Origin: Thermodesulfobacteriota bacterium
GTDB taxonomy: Bacteria; Desulfobacterota; Desulfarculia; JACQYL01
Reading direction: 5' to 3'
DNA length: 64,000 nt
Assembly (NCBI GenBank): GCA_963675595.2
Contig: CAXXLZ010000002.1
Span: 2,400,001-2,464,000 of the forward strand
Shown: positions 31,056 through 40,025 of the stretch, piece after piece
Layout of the letters: every line of letters starts with the position of its first letter
Numbering within the stretch: the first letter of the stretch is position 1
Program-made: the position numbers and the translations under genes
The notes under the pieces: generated by a model
Databases searched by the model: none
Seen by the model: only the letters and a program-made list of their open reading frames with translations
Told to the model about the DNA's origin: nothing

Positions 31056-32578
31056 CGAAAACTTTTTCGAGCCTTCCAAGAAAGGCATTTTAAATTCCCT
31101 GTTCTTGGAACTATGCCCATGGGGGTTTCCTCCTCCACCGAAAGTCGTGGCGCGCGGCCGACGATCCTGTTGCGCCCGAACATAGAAACGACCAAGGAGC
31201 TCTTATGAGAATGCTTGCCGTAATTCTCGCCGTTGCGATTCTGTTTCCGGCCGCCTTTCCTGTTTTCGTACAAGCCTGGGACAAGACCATTTATGAGGAA
31301 GGACTTGAAGGGTCCTCCTCCAGCACCTGGTCACCGGGCATCACCGTGTCGCGGCCCGCGGGCGCCATTTTCACCGTGGTCGACGTAATCCCTCCGGAAA
31401 CCATCCTCACGGAAACCTGGTCACCGGGTCTCTTATCTTTGGAATACTCAACCGACGGATACGACATGCAAGCTTCGGACGTCGACGGCCTCATGGTCAT
31501 GACCAACTTTGAAGAGGAGGGCCCCGCTATGGCCGTCAAGACCTATACCCTCCTTGCCGGCTGTTGGACCCAAACAACCGTTGGAGAGTATCTGAATTCC
31601 GCCTATTTCGGTGGCCAGACTCACTCCTTGCCCTCCAAATCCCTCGGCAATTTCCAGTTGAGAAGGCTCAACGGCATTGGTATCCACAGGCCCATCACGG
31701 TGACGCAGCAGCCCGACGGGCCCGTTTGGACCAAGACCGTCGACGGTGTTTCCTGGACTTCGGGATTGAGCCGGGAGAAAGAAACCGCCGATACCGTACC
31801 CGTGTCGGATATCCTGAATCAATGCGGCATCCTGACGGAAACCTGGAACCCGGAACGGCTGTCCATGGATTACGCCCTGGTGAACGCCAATGTCATCGAA
31901 AACTCCTCGGGGCGATTCGTCATCAGCAGCACCGGAGCGCCCGCTTACGTGACCAAGACCTACACCATGCTGCCCTGTGATTGGGAATCCGTCACGGTCA
32001 ACGAGCAGTTCCAGTATTTCAACGGTTCCTCCTACACCACGGAGACCCGTCCTTTCACCCTGACCAAGGACCCGCCCGTGCTCGCCATTGCGGGTCAGGC
32101 TGAAACCCAAAAGGTGCTCCCCGGGTCGTTGGCCACCTTTTCCCTCACCTGCGGCAACACCGGAGGTTTCGACAACGCCGTCTCCGTAATCAGCTACTTT
32201 CCGGCGGAAGCTCCTTACGTTTCCGCGGTCCCCACGCCCACCATCGTCACGGGTACCGACGCGGTGGAATGGCAATTCCCCAATGGATTGAGCGTGGGCG
32301 ACCCCTGCGGATTCGAGGTGACCGTTCAAATACTTCCGAACACTCAAGTCGGCACGCCCATCGTCATTTCCAACGTAATTGTCGGACATACCCGAGCCGT
32401 GGCCGACATTTACCCGGATCCGGGAGATCCCCAGGAAGACCCTTATGTCTTCATTACCGGCGAGGAGCCGGATCCTCCGGCTACGGTCTCCACCTTGACG
32501 GAATGGGGACTGTTGCTTTTCGCACTCCTGCTTGCCGTCGGCTCAGTCCTGGTCCTACGCAGGCACCACAAGGCCTGA
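30168..32578 (+). repeat. Tandem duplication: 30168-31055 vs 31691-32578
   Basis: 888-bp colinear near-identical segments at a constant 1523-nt offset. Confidence 0.95.
31205..32578 (+). CDS. IPTL-CTERM-like surface protein (paralogue 2)
   Basis: Same architecture; C-terminal VSTLTEWGLLLFALLLAVGSVLVLRRHHK. Confidence 0.8.
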   Translation: MRMLAVILAVAILFPAAFPVFVQAWDKTIYEEGLEGSSSSTWSPGITVSRPAGAIFTVVDVIPPETILTETWSPGLLSLEYSTDGYDMQASDVDGLMVMTNFEEEGPAMAVKTYTLLAGCWTQTTVGEYLNSAYFGGQTHSLPSKSLGNFQLRRLNGIGIHRPITVTQQPDGPVWTKTVDGVSWTSGLSREKETADTVPVSDILNQCGILTETWNPERLSMDYALVNANVIENSSGRFVISSTGAPAYVTKTYTMLPCDWESVTVNEQFQYFNGSSYTTETRPFTLTKDPPVLAIAGQAETQKVLPGSLATFSLTCGNTGGFDNAVSVISYFPAEAPYVSAVPTPTIVTGTDAVEWQFPNGLSVGDPCGFEVTVQILPNTQVGTPIVISNVIVGHTRAVADIYPDPGDPQEDPYVFITGEEPDPPATVSTLTEWGLLLFALLLAVGSVLVLRRHHKA

Positions 32579-32602
32579 TCGGATTTCGCGGCCGAGCTGA
32601 AT

Positions 32603-32631
32603 CTCAAAGGGGGCCCCGGGCCCCCTTTGAG
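32603..32631. terminator. Perfect hairpin between convergent genes (possible bidirectional terminator)
   Basis: CTCAAAGGGGGCC-ccg-GGCCCCCTTTGAG. Confidence 0.6.
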
Positions 32632-32639
32632 TGGAACGA

Positions 32640-33557
32640 TCAGCCCTCCCCAGGCACCCTGCAACTTCGAATCCAGCGTCTCATGGAACCCTCCACACTC
32701 AAGGCCAGGGCTTTCAGACCGAAGCCCACACAGGCCGGATTCGTCCGGAGAGCCGACCATAGATAAGGTACCGCCTCCCTCCTGCCTCCCATCGGTTTTT
32801 TCATGAAAAGCAGAAATGCATACAGCAGAAGCTCCGCCCGGAACAACGACGGCAGGCCGGGAAAGGCGGGATCCTTCATCAGGATCAGCAAAGCCTGACG
32901 CAGCCCGGTGCCGATCTTATCCGAAAAGCTGGTGGCGCTGACGTTATGCGTCCGATAGTATACCAGGGGCTCATCGATGTAAGCCGCTTTGAACCAGCGA
33001 CTCAGCCGAATGTGATACAGCCAGTCCTCCGCCCCTTGTCTGAGGGTTTCATCGAAATAGCCCACCTCCTCCACGCAGGACTTTCGAATCATCACCGTGC
33101 TGGGAACCGGGTTCCAGTCGAGGGGTTTCAAACGAAAATCGCCCGGAGTTCTCGGACGACGTCGAAAGCGCGGGCGTCGGCGCAACCTTCCGGGGCCCGT
33201 CAGCAGCATCACCTCCGAGCACACCAGCCCTACTTCGGGGTGGCGATCCAGATAAGCCGCCTGAATGCTTATACGGCTGGGAACGGAAACGTCGTCCGCA
33301 TCCAAAAAAGCAATGTACTCCCCTCGAGCCATCCTCATCCCGATATTTCTTGCCGCAGATGCTCCGCGGTTTTCCTGCTCCACATACACAATTCGGTCAC
33401 CGTAAGCCGCAGCCGTTTCCGCCGTTTGGTCCACGGACCCGTCATTGACTACGATCACCTCCCTCGTGGGTCGCGATTCGGCGAGAACTCCGTCGATGGC
33501 TTCCTTCAAATACTCCCCCTGATTGTAGCAGGGAATGATGACTGAGACTTTGATCAT
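32640..33557 (-). CDS. Glycosyltransferase family 2
   Basis: VSVIIPCYN, VNDGSVD, ARNIG, FLDADD, EDW. Confidence 0.93.
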   Translation of the reverse strand: MIKVSVIIPCYNQGEYLKEAIDGVLAESRPTREVIVVNDGSVDQTAETAAAYGDRIVYVEQENRGASAARNIGMRMARGEYIAFLDADDVSVPSRISIQAAYLDRHPEVGLVCSEVMLLTGPGRLRRRPRFRRRPRTPGDFRLKPLDWNPVPSTVMIRKSCVEEVGYFDETLRQGAEDWLYHIRLSRWFKAAYIDEPLVYYRTHNVSATSFSDKIGTGLRQALLILMKDPAFPGLPSLFRAELLLYAFLLFMKKPMGGRREAVPYLWSALRTNPACVGFGLKALALSVEGSMRRWIRSCRVPGEG

Positions 33558-33664
33558 GTGAGTATCCCAATGATCTGAAATTTCTCGCCGGGCATGTCGT
33601 GGTCATTCCCATCCGGACGCGTCGGATGGCCGGAGCGATGTTTTCCGAACCCCTCCGACCATCT

Positions 33665-35158
33665 TCATTTTTCAACCCCCCGAAGCAGTTGAACAAGTCG
33701 GGCTGCCCGCTTGGTCAGCCATTTTGGACGGAACAACAGGATCGTCCCATAGAAGAACAGTCCGGTCATGGCCGGCTTCAAAAACAACCTCAAGGCCGCG
33801 TCCCAGTGGGCCACGGGAGTGAGAACGGAAACTCCGTGTACCACGGGGACGGTGGCCAGGGCCGCCCAGAAAGCCGGGAACACGGTTTCCCTAAATCGGG
33901 GCGATACGTAGCGCCGGACGGCCAGAAACAACAGGAACAGACCAAAAGCAAACGCGGTTCCCACCCCGATGCACGTGCCCGCAGAGCCCAAAAGCAGGGT
34001 GAGCGGCGTGCCGCACAACATGAGGACTCCGGCTTGAAGCCAGAAGATTCGAGCGCTTTTTCGGGGTTCCCCCAGGGCGTTAAGCAGTTCACCGCCGATG
34101 TCCGTCAGGGGACTGACCAGGGAGACCACCACCAGAAAACGGACGAAGACCACGCTTGGAAGCCAAGTTTCCCCGTAAAGTACTTCAACGAGTTCCGGCG
34201 CGGCCAGGAAAATACCCAGTGCCAACGGCAACCCGAAAGCCGAAGTGATCCACAGTACCAGCCCGGCAAAGGCGTCCAGTTCTTCTCTCTTCTCGGCCAA
34301 CCGGGCGAACGTAAAAAAGAATATCCGGTTGGAGGCTCCGGCGACGAGAATGTTGGGCCAGAACGCGATACGGTAGGCCCGATCGTAAAACCCCAGGGCG
34401 GCGGCCCCGACAAAAGTGCCCACCAGGAAGTCGTCGAAATGGCCGAGGAGGCTGCGAGCCAACCCGGCCAAGCCGACCAAGCCGCCGAATCGAATGAGGC
34501 CGACCGCGATTCTCTTGTCGAAGCTCCACTTGAATCGGAAGATCCCGGGCATTCCTTTGAGGAGCGACCACCACATACCTGCGGACACCAAGACCATGTT
34601 GCACGCGAACTGGACCGCCAGGGTCCAGTATCCCCATCCATGGTAAGCCAAGTAGAAAGCGGGGAGGTAGGATAAAGGAAATGCCGCGAGCCGGATCAGC
34701 CCTGTTCTCGAAAACTGCAGGTCTCGATCCAACAGAGCCGCCGGACCCGTCCCCAGAGAACCCACCAGACCCGCGGCGGCCAGGGCCAACAGCACATGAG
34801 CCACTCCCACGGGATAGCCCAAGCGCGGCAATATGGGCCAGGCGCACAGAGCGAGTGCCAAACCGAGCAGGCCGGCCGCCAGGTCGAGGGACAGACGGGT
34901 CCCCACGAGCTCACCCGTAATCTCGCCCTGGCGTGTGAGGGCCTGGTCAATGCCGAGTCGCGCCTGAATGTTCATGATGGAAAAGAAGAAAAGCCCCAGG
35001 GCGAACACCCCATACTCGTCCGGACGGATGAAGCGGATCAGAAACAGATTGGACAGGAACCCGAAAAAAATATTGAAATACGAAGCGCCGACGAAGATCA
35101 AGCCGCCTCGGGCGACCTTGACGGCCAATGAAGGTCCGTCTGAAGGAATGGGTTTCAT
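33665..35158 (-). CDS. Wzx-type oligosaccharide flippase
   Basis: Multi-TM; PDEYGVFA, GWGYWTL, LGFYDRAY, YGETW. Confidence 0.88.
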   Translation of the reverse strand: MKPIPSDGPSLAVKVARGGLIFVGASYFNIFFGFLSNLFLIRFIRPDEYGVFALGLFFFSIMNIQARLGIDQALTRQGEITGELVGTRLSLDLAAGLLGLALALCAWPILPRLGYPVGVAHVLLALAAAGLVGSLGTGPAALLDRDLQFSRTGLIRLAAFPLSYLPAFYLAYHGWGYWTLAVQFACNMVLVSAGMWWSLLKGMPGIFRFKWSFDKRIAVGLIRFGGLVGLAGLARSLLGHFDDFLVGTFVGAAALGFYDRAYRIAFWPNILVAGASNRIFFFTFARLAEKREELDAFAGLVLWITSAFGLPLALGIFLAAPELVEVLYGETWLPSVVFVRFLVVVSLVSPLTDIGGELLNALGEPRKSARIFWLQAGVLMLCGTPLTLLLGSAGTCIGVGTAFAFGLFLLFLAVRRYVSPRFRETVFPAFWAALATVPVVHGVSVLTPVAHWDAALRLFLKPAMTGLFFYGTILLFRPKWLTKRAARLVQLLRGVEK

Positions 35159-35462
35159 GAATGGTATGGGCTCCGGTTCCCGATTCAAGCATCGTTCGGA
35201 AGCTTCCCGCGTCGGAACCGGTAACCCCTCCGCCACGGCAAACAGTATCCATCACAGTAACGCGCCCCCGCCTGACTGCATGCTTCATGCGCCGAAGAGC
35301 GCCTCCGACCTTTTTCCGACAGCGATTGGCTCACCGCCGTATCGTCTCTCCTTGTTCCGGAACCCGGGTTTGGAACGTCCGTGTTGAGTGGTGACAAGAT
35401 TCGGCGGCGTTCGGGTGATTATTTCATCCGCTTGGGAAGGCGGCAAGCGCCGAAACAAGACA

Positions 35463-37019
35463 TTAGTGCACGCTTGGTGCGTCTACAGGCTTTTTCGGTC
35501 GTTTAAGCAGGAGAGCCAGAGGAAGCAGCCCTATCGTCACCCAAGACAGAAGCCGGAACGTGTCATTGAAAGCCAACATGTTGGCCTGCCTGACGATTTC
35601 CCGATAGATCGCTGCATGCACAAGCTCATCGGAAGTCCACGTATAATGAGTCTCCAGCCACTGCCGGATTTGATCGAAATGTTGTTGATAATTTGGGTTG
35701 AAGGGCGTCGCCCGCTCCACCAGGAAGTTCTGATGCTCCTGGGCCTTTCTGGCCAAGAACGTTGCACTCACGGCAACACCCACGCTGCCTCCGAGGTTGC
35801 GCAGGAGGTTGAACATGCCGGACGCGTTGCCCGTCTTCTCTTTAGGGATGGTTACAAAGGTCGCGGTTGCCAGGGGGACGAAGAAGAGTCCGATGCCGAA
35901 CCCCATGATGACCCGCGGCAAAATGATGGCGGGAAAATTCGCCTGCAGGTTGAAATCCGACATGAGCCACATGGAATAAGCGGAGATGCACAGCCCCATG
36001 GCAAGCAGATTTCTGGGATTTATCCCCTTTTGCATCAGAAATCCCGCCATCGGCATGATCACAAAGGCGGCCACCCCCCCAGGACCAAGGACCAAGCCCG
36101 CCAACAGAGCCGTGTAGTTCATCAGGTTCTGCACATATAGAGGCAGGAGGACAAGACTTCCGAATAGGGCCATAAATCCCGCGAACATGATGATGCATCC
36201 GCCGCTGAAACTTCGATCTCGAAAGACCTTCAGGTCCACCACGGGGTGCGGGGCCCTCAGCTCGACCAACACAAAGGCGATGAGAGCCGTTATCGAAATC
36301 AGACTCAGGTAGACGATGAACCTCGAATCGAACCAATCCTCCCTCTGACCTTTGTCCAGCACGATCTGAAGGCATCCTAGCCCAATGCATAGGAAAAACA
36401 GACCCCAACGGTCGATTTGTTGCACTTTTTTACGAATGTACGGTGGATCATGTATCAGGGCCCCGATCAGGAGAATCGCAATCACGCCCGCAGGCAGGTT
36501 AATGTAAAAAATCCATCTCCAGCTCCATTGGTCCGTGAGCCATCCTCCAAAAACCGGGCCCAGGATGGGCGCCAGGACAATGCCCATTCCAAAGAAAGCC
36601 ATGGCCATGCCTCTTTGCTCCTTTGGAAAAGACTCGAAGAGAATGGCTTGTGACAAAGGCTGCAGACCTCCTCCGCCCACGCCCTGGAGCACCCTGAAAA
36701 GCACCAGAGCGGCGAGGGAAGGAGCCAATCCGCAAGCAAGGGAACTCGCCGTGAAAATGAAAAGCGAAATCAGGAGATATCGCTTTCTGCCCAGCAGGCC
36801 CGCCAGCCACCCGCTTATGGGTATCACCACCGCATTGGAAACAAGATAGGACGTCAGCACCCAGGTTACTTCATCCAGTCCGGCGTTGAGACTTCCCTGG
36901 ATGTGTGGAAGGGACACGTTGACCACGCTGGTGTCCATAATCTCGATAAAGGTGGGAAACATCACCGTCATGGCGACAACCCACTTGTTGACGTGAGGTA
37001 TTTCGGAATGTCCGTCCAT
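35463..37019 (-). CDS. emrB: DHA2/EmrB-type MFS efflux permease
   Basis: DTSVVNVSLPHI, WVLTSYL, FRVLQGVGGG, GPVFGGWLTD, WIFYINLP. Confidence 0.9.
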   Translation of the reverse strand: MDGHSEIPHVNKWVVAMTVMFPTFIEIMDTSVVNVSLPHIQGSLNAGLDEVTWVLTSYLVSNAVVIPISGWLAGLLGRKRYLLISLFIFTASSLACGLAPSLAALVLFRVLQGVGGGGLQPLSQAILFESFPKEQRGMAMAFFGMGIVLAPILGPVFGGWLTDQWSWRWIFYINLPAGVIAILLIGALIHDPPYIRKKVQQIDRWGLFFLCIGLGCLQIVLDKGQREDWFDSRFIVYLSLISITALIAFVLVELRAPHPVVDLKVFRDRSFSGGCIIMFAGFMALFGSLVLLPLYVQNLMNYTALLAGLVLGPGGVAAFVIMPMAGFLMQKGINPRNLLAMGLCISAYSMWLMSDFNLQANFPAIILPRVIMGFGIGLFFVPLATATFVTIPKEKTGNASGMFNLLRNLGGSVGVAVSATFLARKAQEHQNFLVERATPFNPNYQQHFDQIRQWLETHYTWTSDELVHAAIYREIVRQANMLAFNDTFRLLSWVTIGLLPLALLLKRPKKPVDAPSVH

Positions 37020-37074
37020 GAATTACGACTCCGGAGACGCCGCCGCCTCGGATGGGTTCAGGGGGTCACCGTAA

Positions 37075-38307
37075 CTATTTCGGCCGAACATCCACGGCGA
37101 CCGTCAGCGACAGCCCGACTCTGAGCGCATGGTCCTTCGGCAAGGGACGATCGAACTCTATTTTGACCGGGACGCGCTGGACGACCTTGATCCAATTCCC
37201 GGTGGCGTTCTCCGGAGGGAGAAGGGAAAAAGCAGCGCCCGTCCCGGCTCTGATTCCGGCCACTCGACCCGAGTACGTGAAATCCGGGTACATATCCGCT
37301 GTGATTTTCACCGGCTGACCCACTCGTACGTGCTCCAGTTGCGTCTCCTTGAAATTGGCTTCCACATACACGGCATGCAGGGGAACCACGGCCATGACCG
37401 GCTGACCGACGACCAAACGGTCCCCGACCTGAACGCTCTTTCGGGCGACATGCCCTTTGATCGGTGCCTTGATCGTACAATATTTCAAATTCAGGAGGGC
37501 CTGCTCCAATTGAGCGCGAGTCTCGTCTCTCCGGGCCTTCAAAGAATCCAGTTTATGACGCTCGACCTCCGCCTTTTTTAGATTGCCTTGAGCGATCTTC
37601 AGCTGGGCTTGCGCACTCTCCACCCCGGCTTCGACCACATTGAGAGCGGACGTGCCGACGTCAATGCCGGCATCCAATGCCTTCACCTCCGCCTCGGCCG
37701 TCTTCAACCTGGCCCGAGCGCTGTCCAGGGCATTTTCGGATACGCTTCCTTTCCGGAACAAAGCCTCGAATCGCTTGAACTCCTTCTCGGCGTAGTTGAG
37801 CTCTGCAAGTGCGGCCTGACGTTTCTTGCCAAGCTCTTCTATCCGGTGGCGTTGGGCCTTCACCTGATCTCTCGTTTCCTGCAAGGCCGCTTGATCCAGC
37901 TCCACCTCTCCACTCGTGCTGCTTTCGGTGACCAAAACAGCGGCCTCTTCACCCCTGATTTCCGACTCCAGCCTTTCCAGAGACGCTCGAGCCGCATCCA
38001 CCGCCACCTGGTAGTCCGTCGGATCCAACTCCAACAAGATATCGCCTTTTTCGACCGCCTGATCGCTCTCCACCAGAACCATTGCCACCGTTCCGGATAC
38101 CCGCCCGGTAATCCGGGCACTGTCGGCCTTGACATAGGCGTCGTCGGTTTCCACCCATCCCCGCACAAAAAACCACCAGTATCCCAGCACGAGCGCAGAG
38201 ACGAGTAAAACACCAATAATGATGATACGGTGATTTTGTCTGATAACGTCGGGAAGCTTACGCTTTTCGTCGGGAACACCCTCTTGCGTCGTCGCTTTCT
38301 CTTCCAT
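37075..38307 (-). CDS. emrA: EmrA/HlyD-type membrane fusion protein
   Basis: ETDDAYV, ANFKETQL, LLPPENATGNWIKVVQRVPV. Confidence 0.9.
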   Translation of the reverse strand: MEEKATTQEGVPDEKRKLPDVIRQNHRIIIIGVLLVSALVLGYWWFFVRGWVETDDAYVKADSARITGRVSGTVAMVLVESDQAVEKGDILLELDPTDYQVAVDAARASLERLESEIRGEEAAVLVTESSTSGEVELDQAALQETRDQVKAQRHRIEELGKKRQAALAELNYAEKEFKRFEALFRKGSVSENALDSARARLKTAEAEVKALDAGIDVGTSALNVVEAGVESAQAQLKIAQGNLKKAEVERHKLDSLKARRDETRAQLEQALLNLKYCTIKAPIKGHVARKSVQVGDRLVVGQPVMAVVPLHAVYVEANFKETQLEHVRVGQPVKITADMYPDFTYSGRVAGIRAGTGAAFSLLPPENATGNWIKVVQRVPVKIEFDRPLPKDHALRVGLSLTVAVDVRPK

Positions 38308-38781
38308 TCCAAAACACCCTAAGAACGTGAACCGGCCACGCCATGCCGTTCAACATGAATACTTTCACGATTGATCCGCTTCTCAGTCCGGCCTCCAAAC
38401 GTTCAAGACTACCGCCATGCTTGGCTCATTGTCCATCCGTGTTCACGCATACCGGCAAATCATCTTCGTCGACGAGCTTCAAGCACGACGGATTCCCTGA
38501 GCGTCGCAGCCATAGAGCACAATTCCTCAATTCGGTCGACCAAGCCATACAAGTTCGCAAACGCCGAATCTTTAATTCATTCTCGAAAAAATCACAAGGA
38601 CTGTGACCGTTGAGGCCCACGGAGCAATGACACAACGTTTTGTCCGCCCACGCCCGTCTGATATAATCAAAAGCAGCCGGTCGGATTCGGCGGTACACCG
38701 ACCCGGACCGCGCCCCCCGGCCCCGGAGAAGCATTGGGAATATTCAACAACCACGACGGACACGCTTCGTTGCTCCCCGAT

Positions 38782-39621
38782 ATGAGAACCATCGCGGGGT
38801 TGTTGTTCCTCGCCCTCATCCTATTGGGTCCCAACGGTCGCACCGAGGATTTCACCGTCTCGAGTTTCCCTCTTTCCGAGTCCGTGAGCCCCCACAAACC
38901 GCACCCGCACTTTCGGCGTCCTTCACCCGGCACTTCCTGGCAGATTCAGTTAAGCGGAGAGATCGACACCTCCTTCGATGTCCAGGTGTACGACATCGAT
39001 CTGTTTGACGCGCCTCAAACGGTCATTGACGCATTGCACCACAAAGGACGAATGGTCGTTTGCTACTTCAGCGCGGGTAGTTGGGAGGATTGGCGGCCGG
39101 ACGCCGATGAGTTCCCGGAATCGGTCAAGGGTCACGATCTGACCGGTTGGCCGGGAGAAAAATGGCTGGATATCCGGCGGCGGGACGTGCTCGGACCCAT
39201 CATGCGGGCGCGCTTGGACCTGGCCGAACGGAAGCGGTGCGACGGCGTGGACCCCGACAACGTCGATGGATACGCCAACAACACGGGTTTTGCCCTGACG
39301 GCCGAGGATCAAATCGACTTCAACCGCTGGATTGCGGATGAAGCGCACGCCAGGCATCTTTCCGTGGGCCTCAAGAATGATCTCGATCAGGTGAAGGTCT
39401 TGGAGCCCTATTTCGATTGGGCGCTGAACGAGCAGTGTTTCGAATATGAGGAATGCGACGCCCTTGTTCCCTTCGTCCAAAACAGGAAAGCGGTATTGGC
39501 CGTTGAATATGACGGGAACCCGGAAGATTTTTGCGCCGAAGCCTTTGCCATGGGCTTCGACCGGCTCCAAAAACATTGGGACTTGGATGCGTGGCGCATG
39601 GATTGTCGCGACTATCGGTAA
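38782..39621 (+). CDS. GH114 endo-alpha-1,4-polygalactosaminidase family protein, exported
   Basis: WQIQL, DIDLFD, CYFSAGSWEDWRPD, DGVDPDNVDGY, GLKND, NEQC, VEY. Confidence 0.9.
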   Translation: MRTIAGLLFLALILLGPNGRTEDFTVSSFPLSESVSPHKPHPHFRRPSPGTSWQIQLSGEIDTSFDVQVYDIDLFDAPQTVIDALHHKGRMVVCYFSAGSWEDWRPDADEFPESVKGHDLTGWPGEKWLDIRRRDVLGPIMRARLDLAERKRCDGVDPDNVDGYANNTGFALTAEDQIDFNRWIADEAHARHLSVGLKNDLDQVKVLEPYFDWALNEQCFEYEECDALVPFVQNRKAVLAVEYDGNPEDFCAEAFAMGFDRLQKHWDLDAWRMDCRDYR

Positions 39622-40025
39622 CCACCGGACGGGATCCTCCCATCCACGGGAGTTCTTCAGACAACGGAGAAAAAGATTCGGAAACCTTCACGGAGGAGGA
39701 CTTTCGGAAAAGGCCTCACCGCCTTCGGCGGAGAGGCTGAGTTTCCTCACTAATTCCCAACGTTCCTTACATGTGCTGAATCGGCTGAGATGCTCTCCAA
39801 GTCCGGCTTCGTCCCAAAGGGGACAACGTACGGATCAGGAGGCCTTGGGGAACGACGTTCCCCAGGGGGGGACCAATATGAAAATTCCCGCCGTGAACGA
39901 TGACGACAATCCAGCGGACCGTCGCGGTTTCCCGCATATCGGTCCGTTGCGTAAGGGCGCGGTTTCCCGGGAGAGGACCGTGCCCGCCGACAAATCCGCC
40001 CGGCAGGTCCGTCACACGGCTGCCG

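Noticed and set aside
29763-32578. Diversity-generating retroelement template/variable repeat pair
   Set aside because: No reverse transcriptase; both copies are intact genes and the differences are not adenine-specific
39622-40025. Hairpins and short ORFs between GH114 and the carboxylesterase
   Set aside because: Isolated stems in a convergent intergenic region; no repeat periodicity or coding signal
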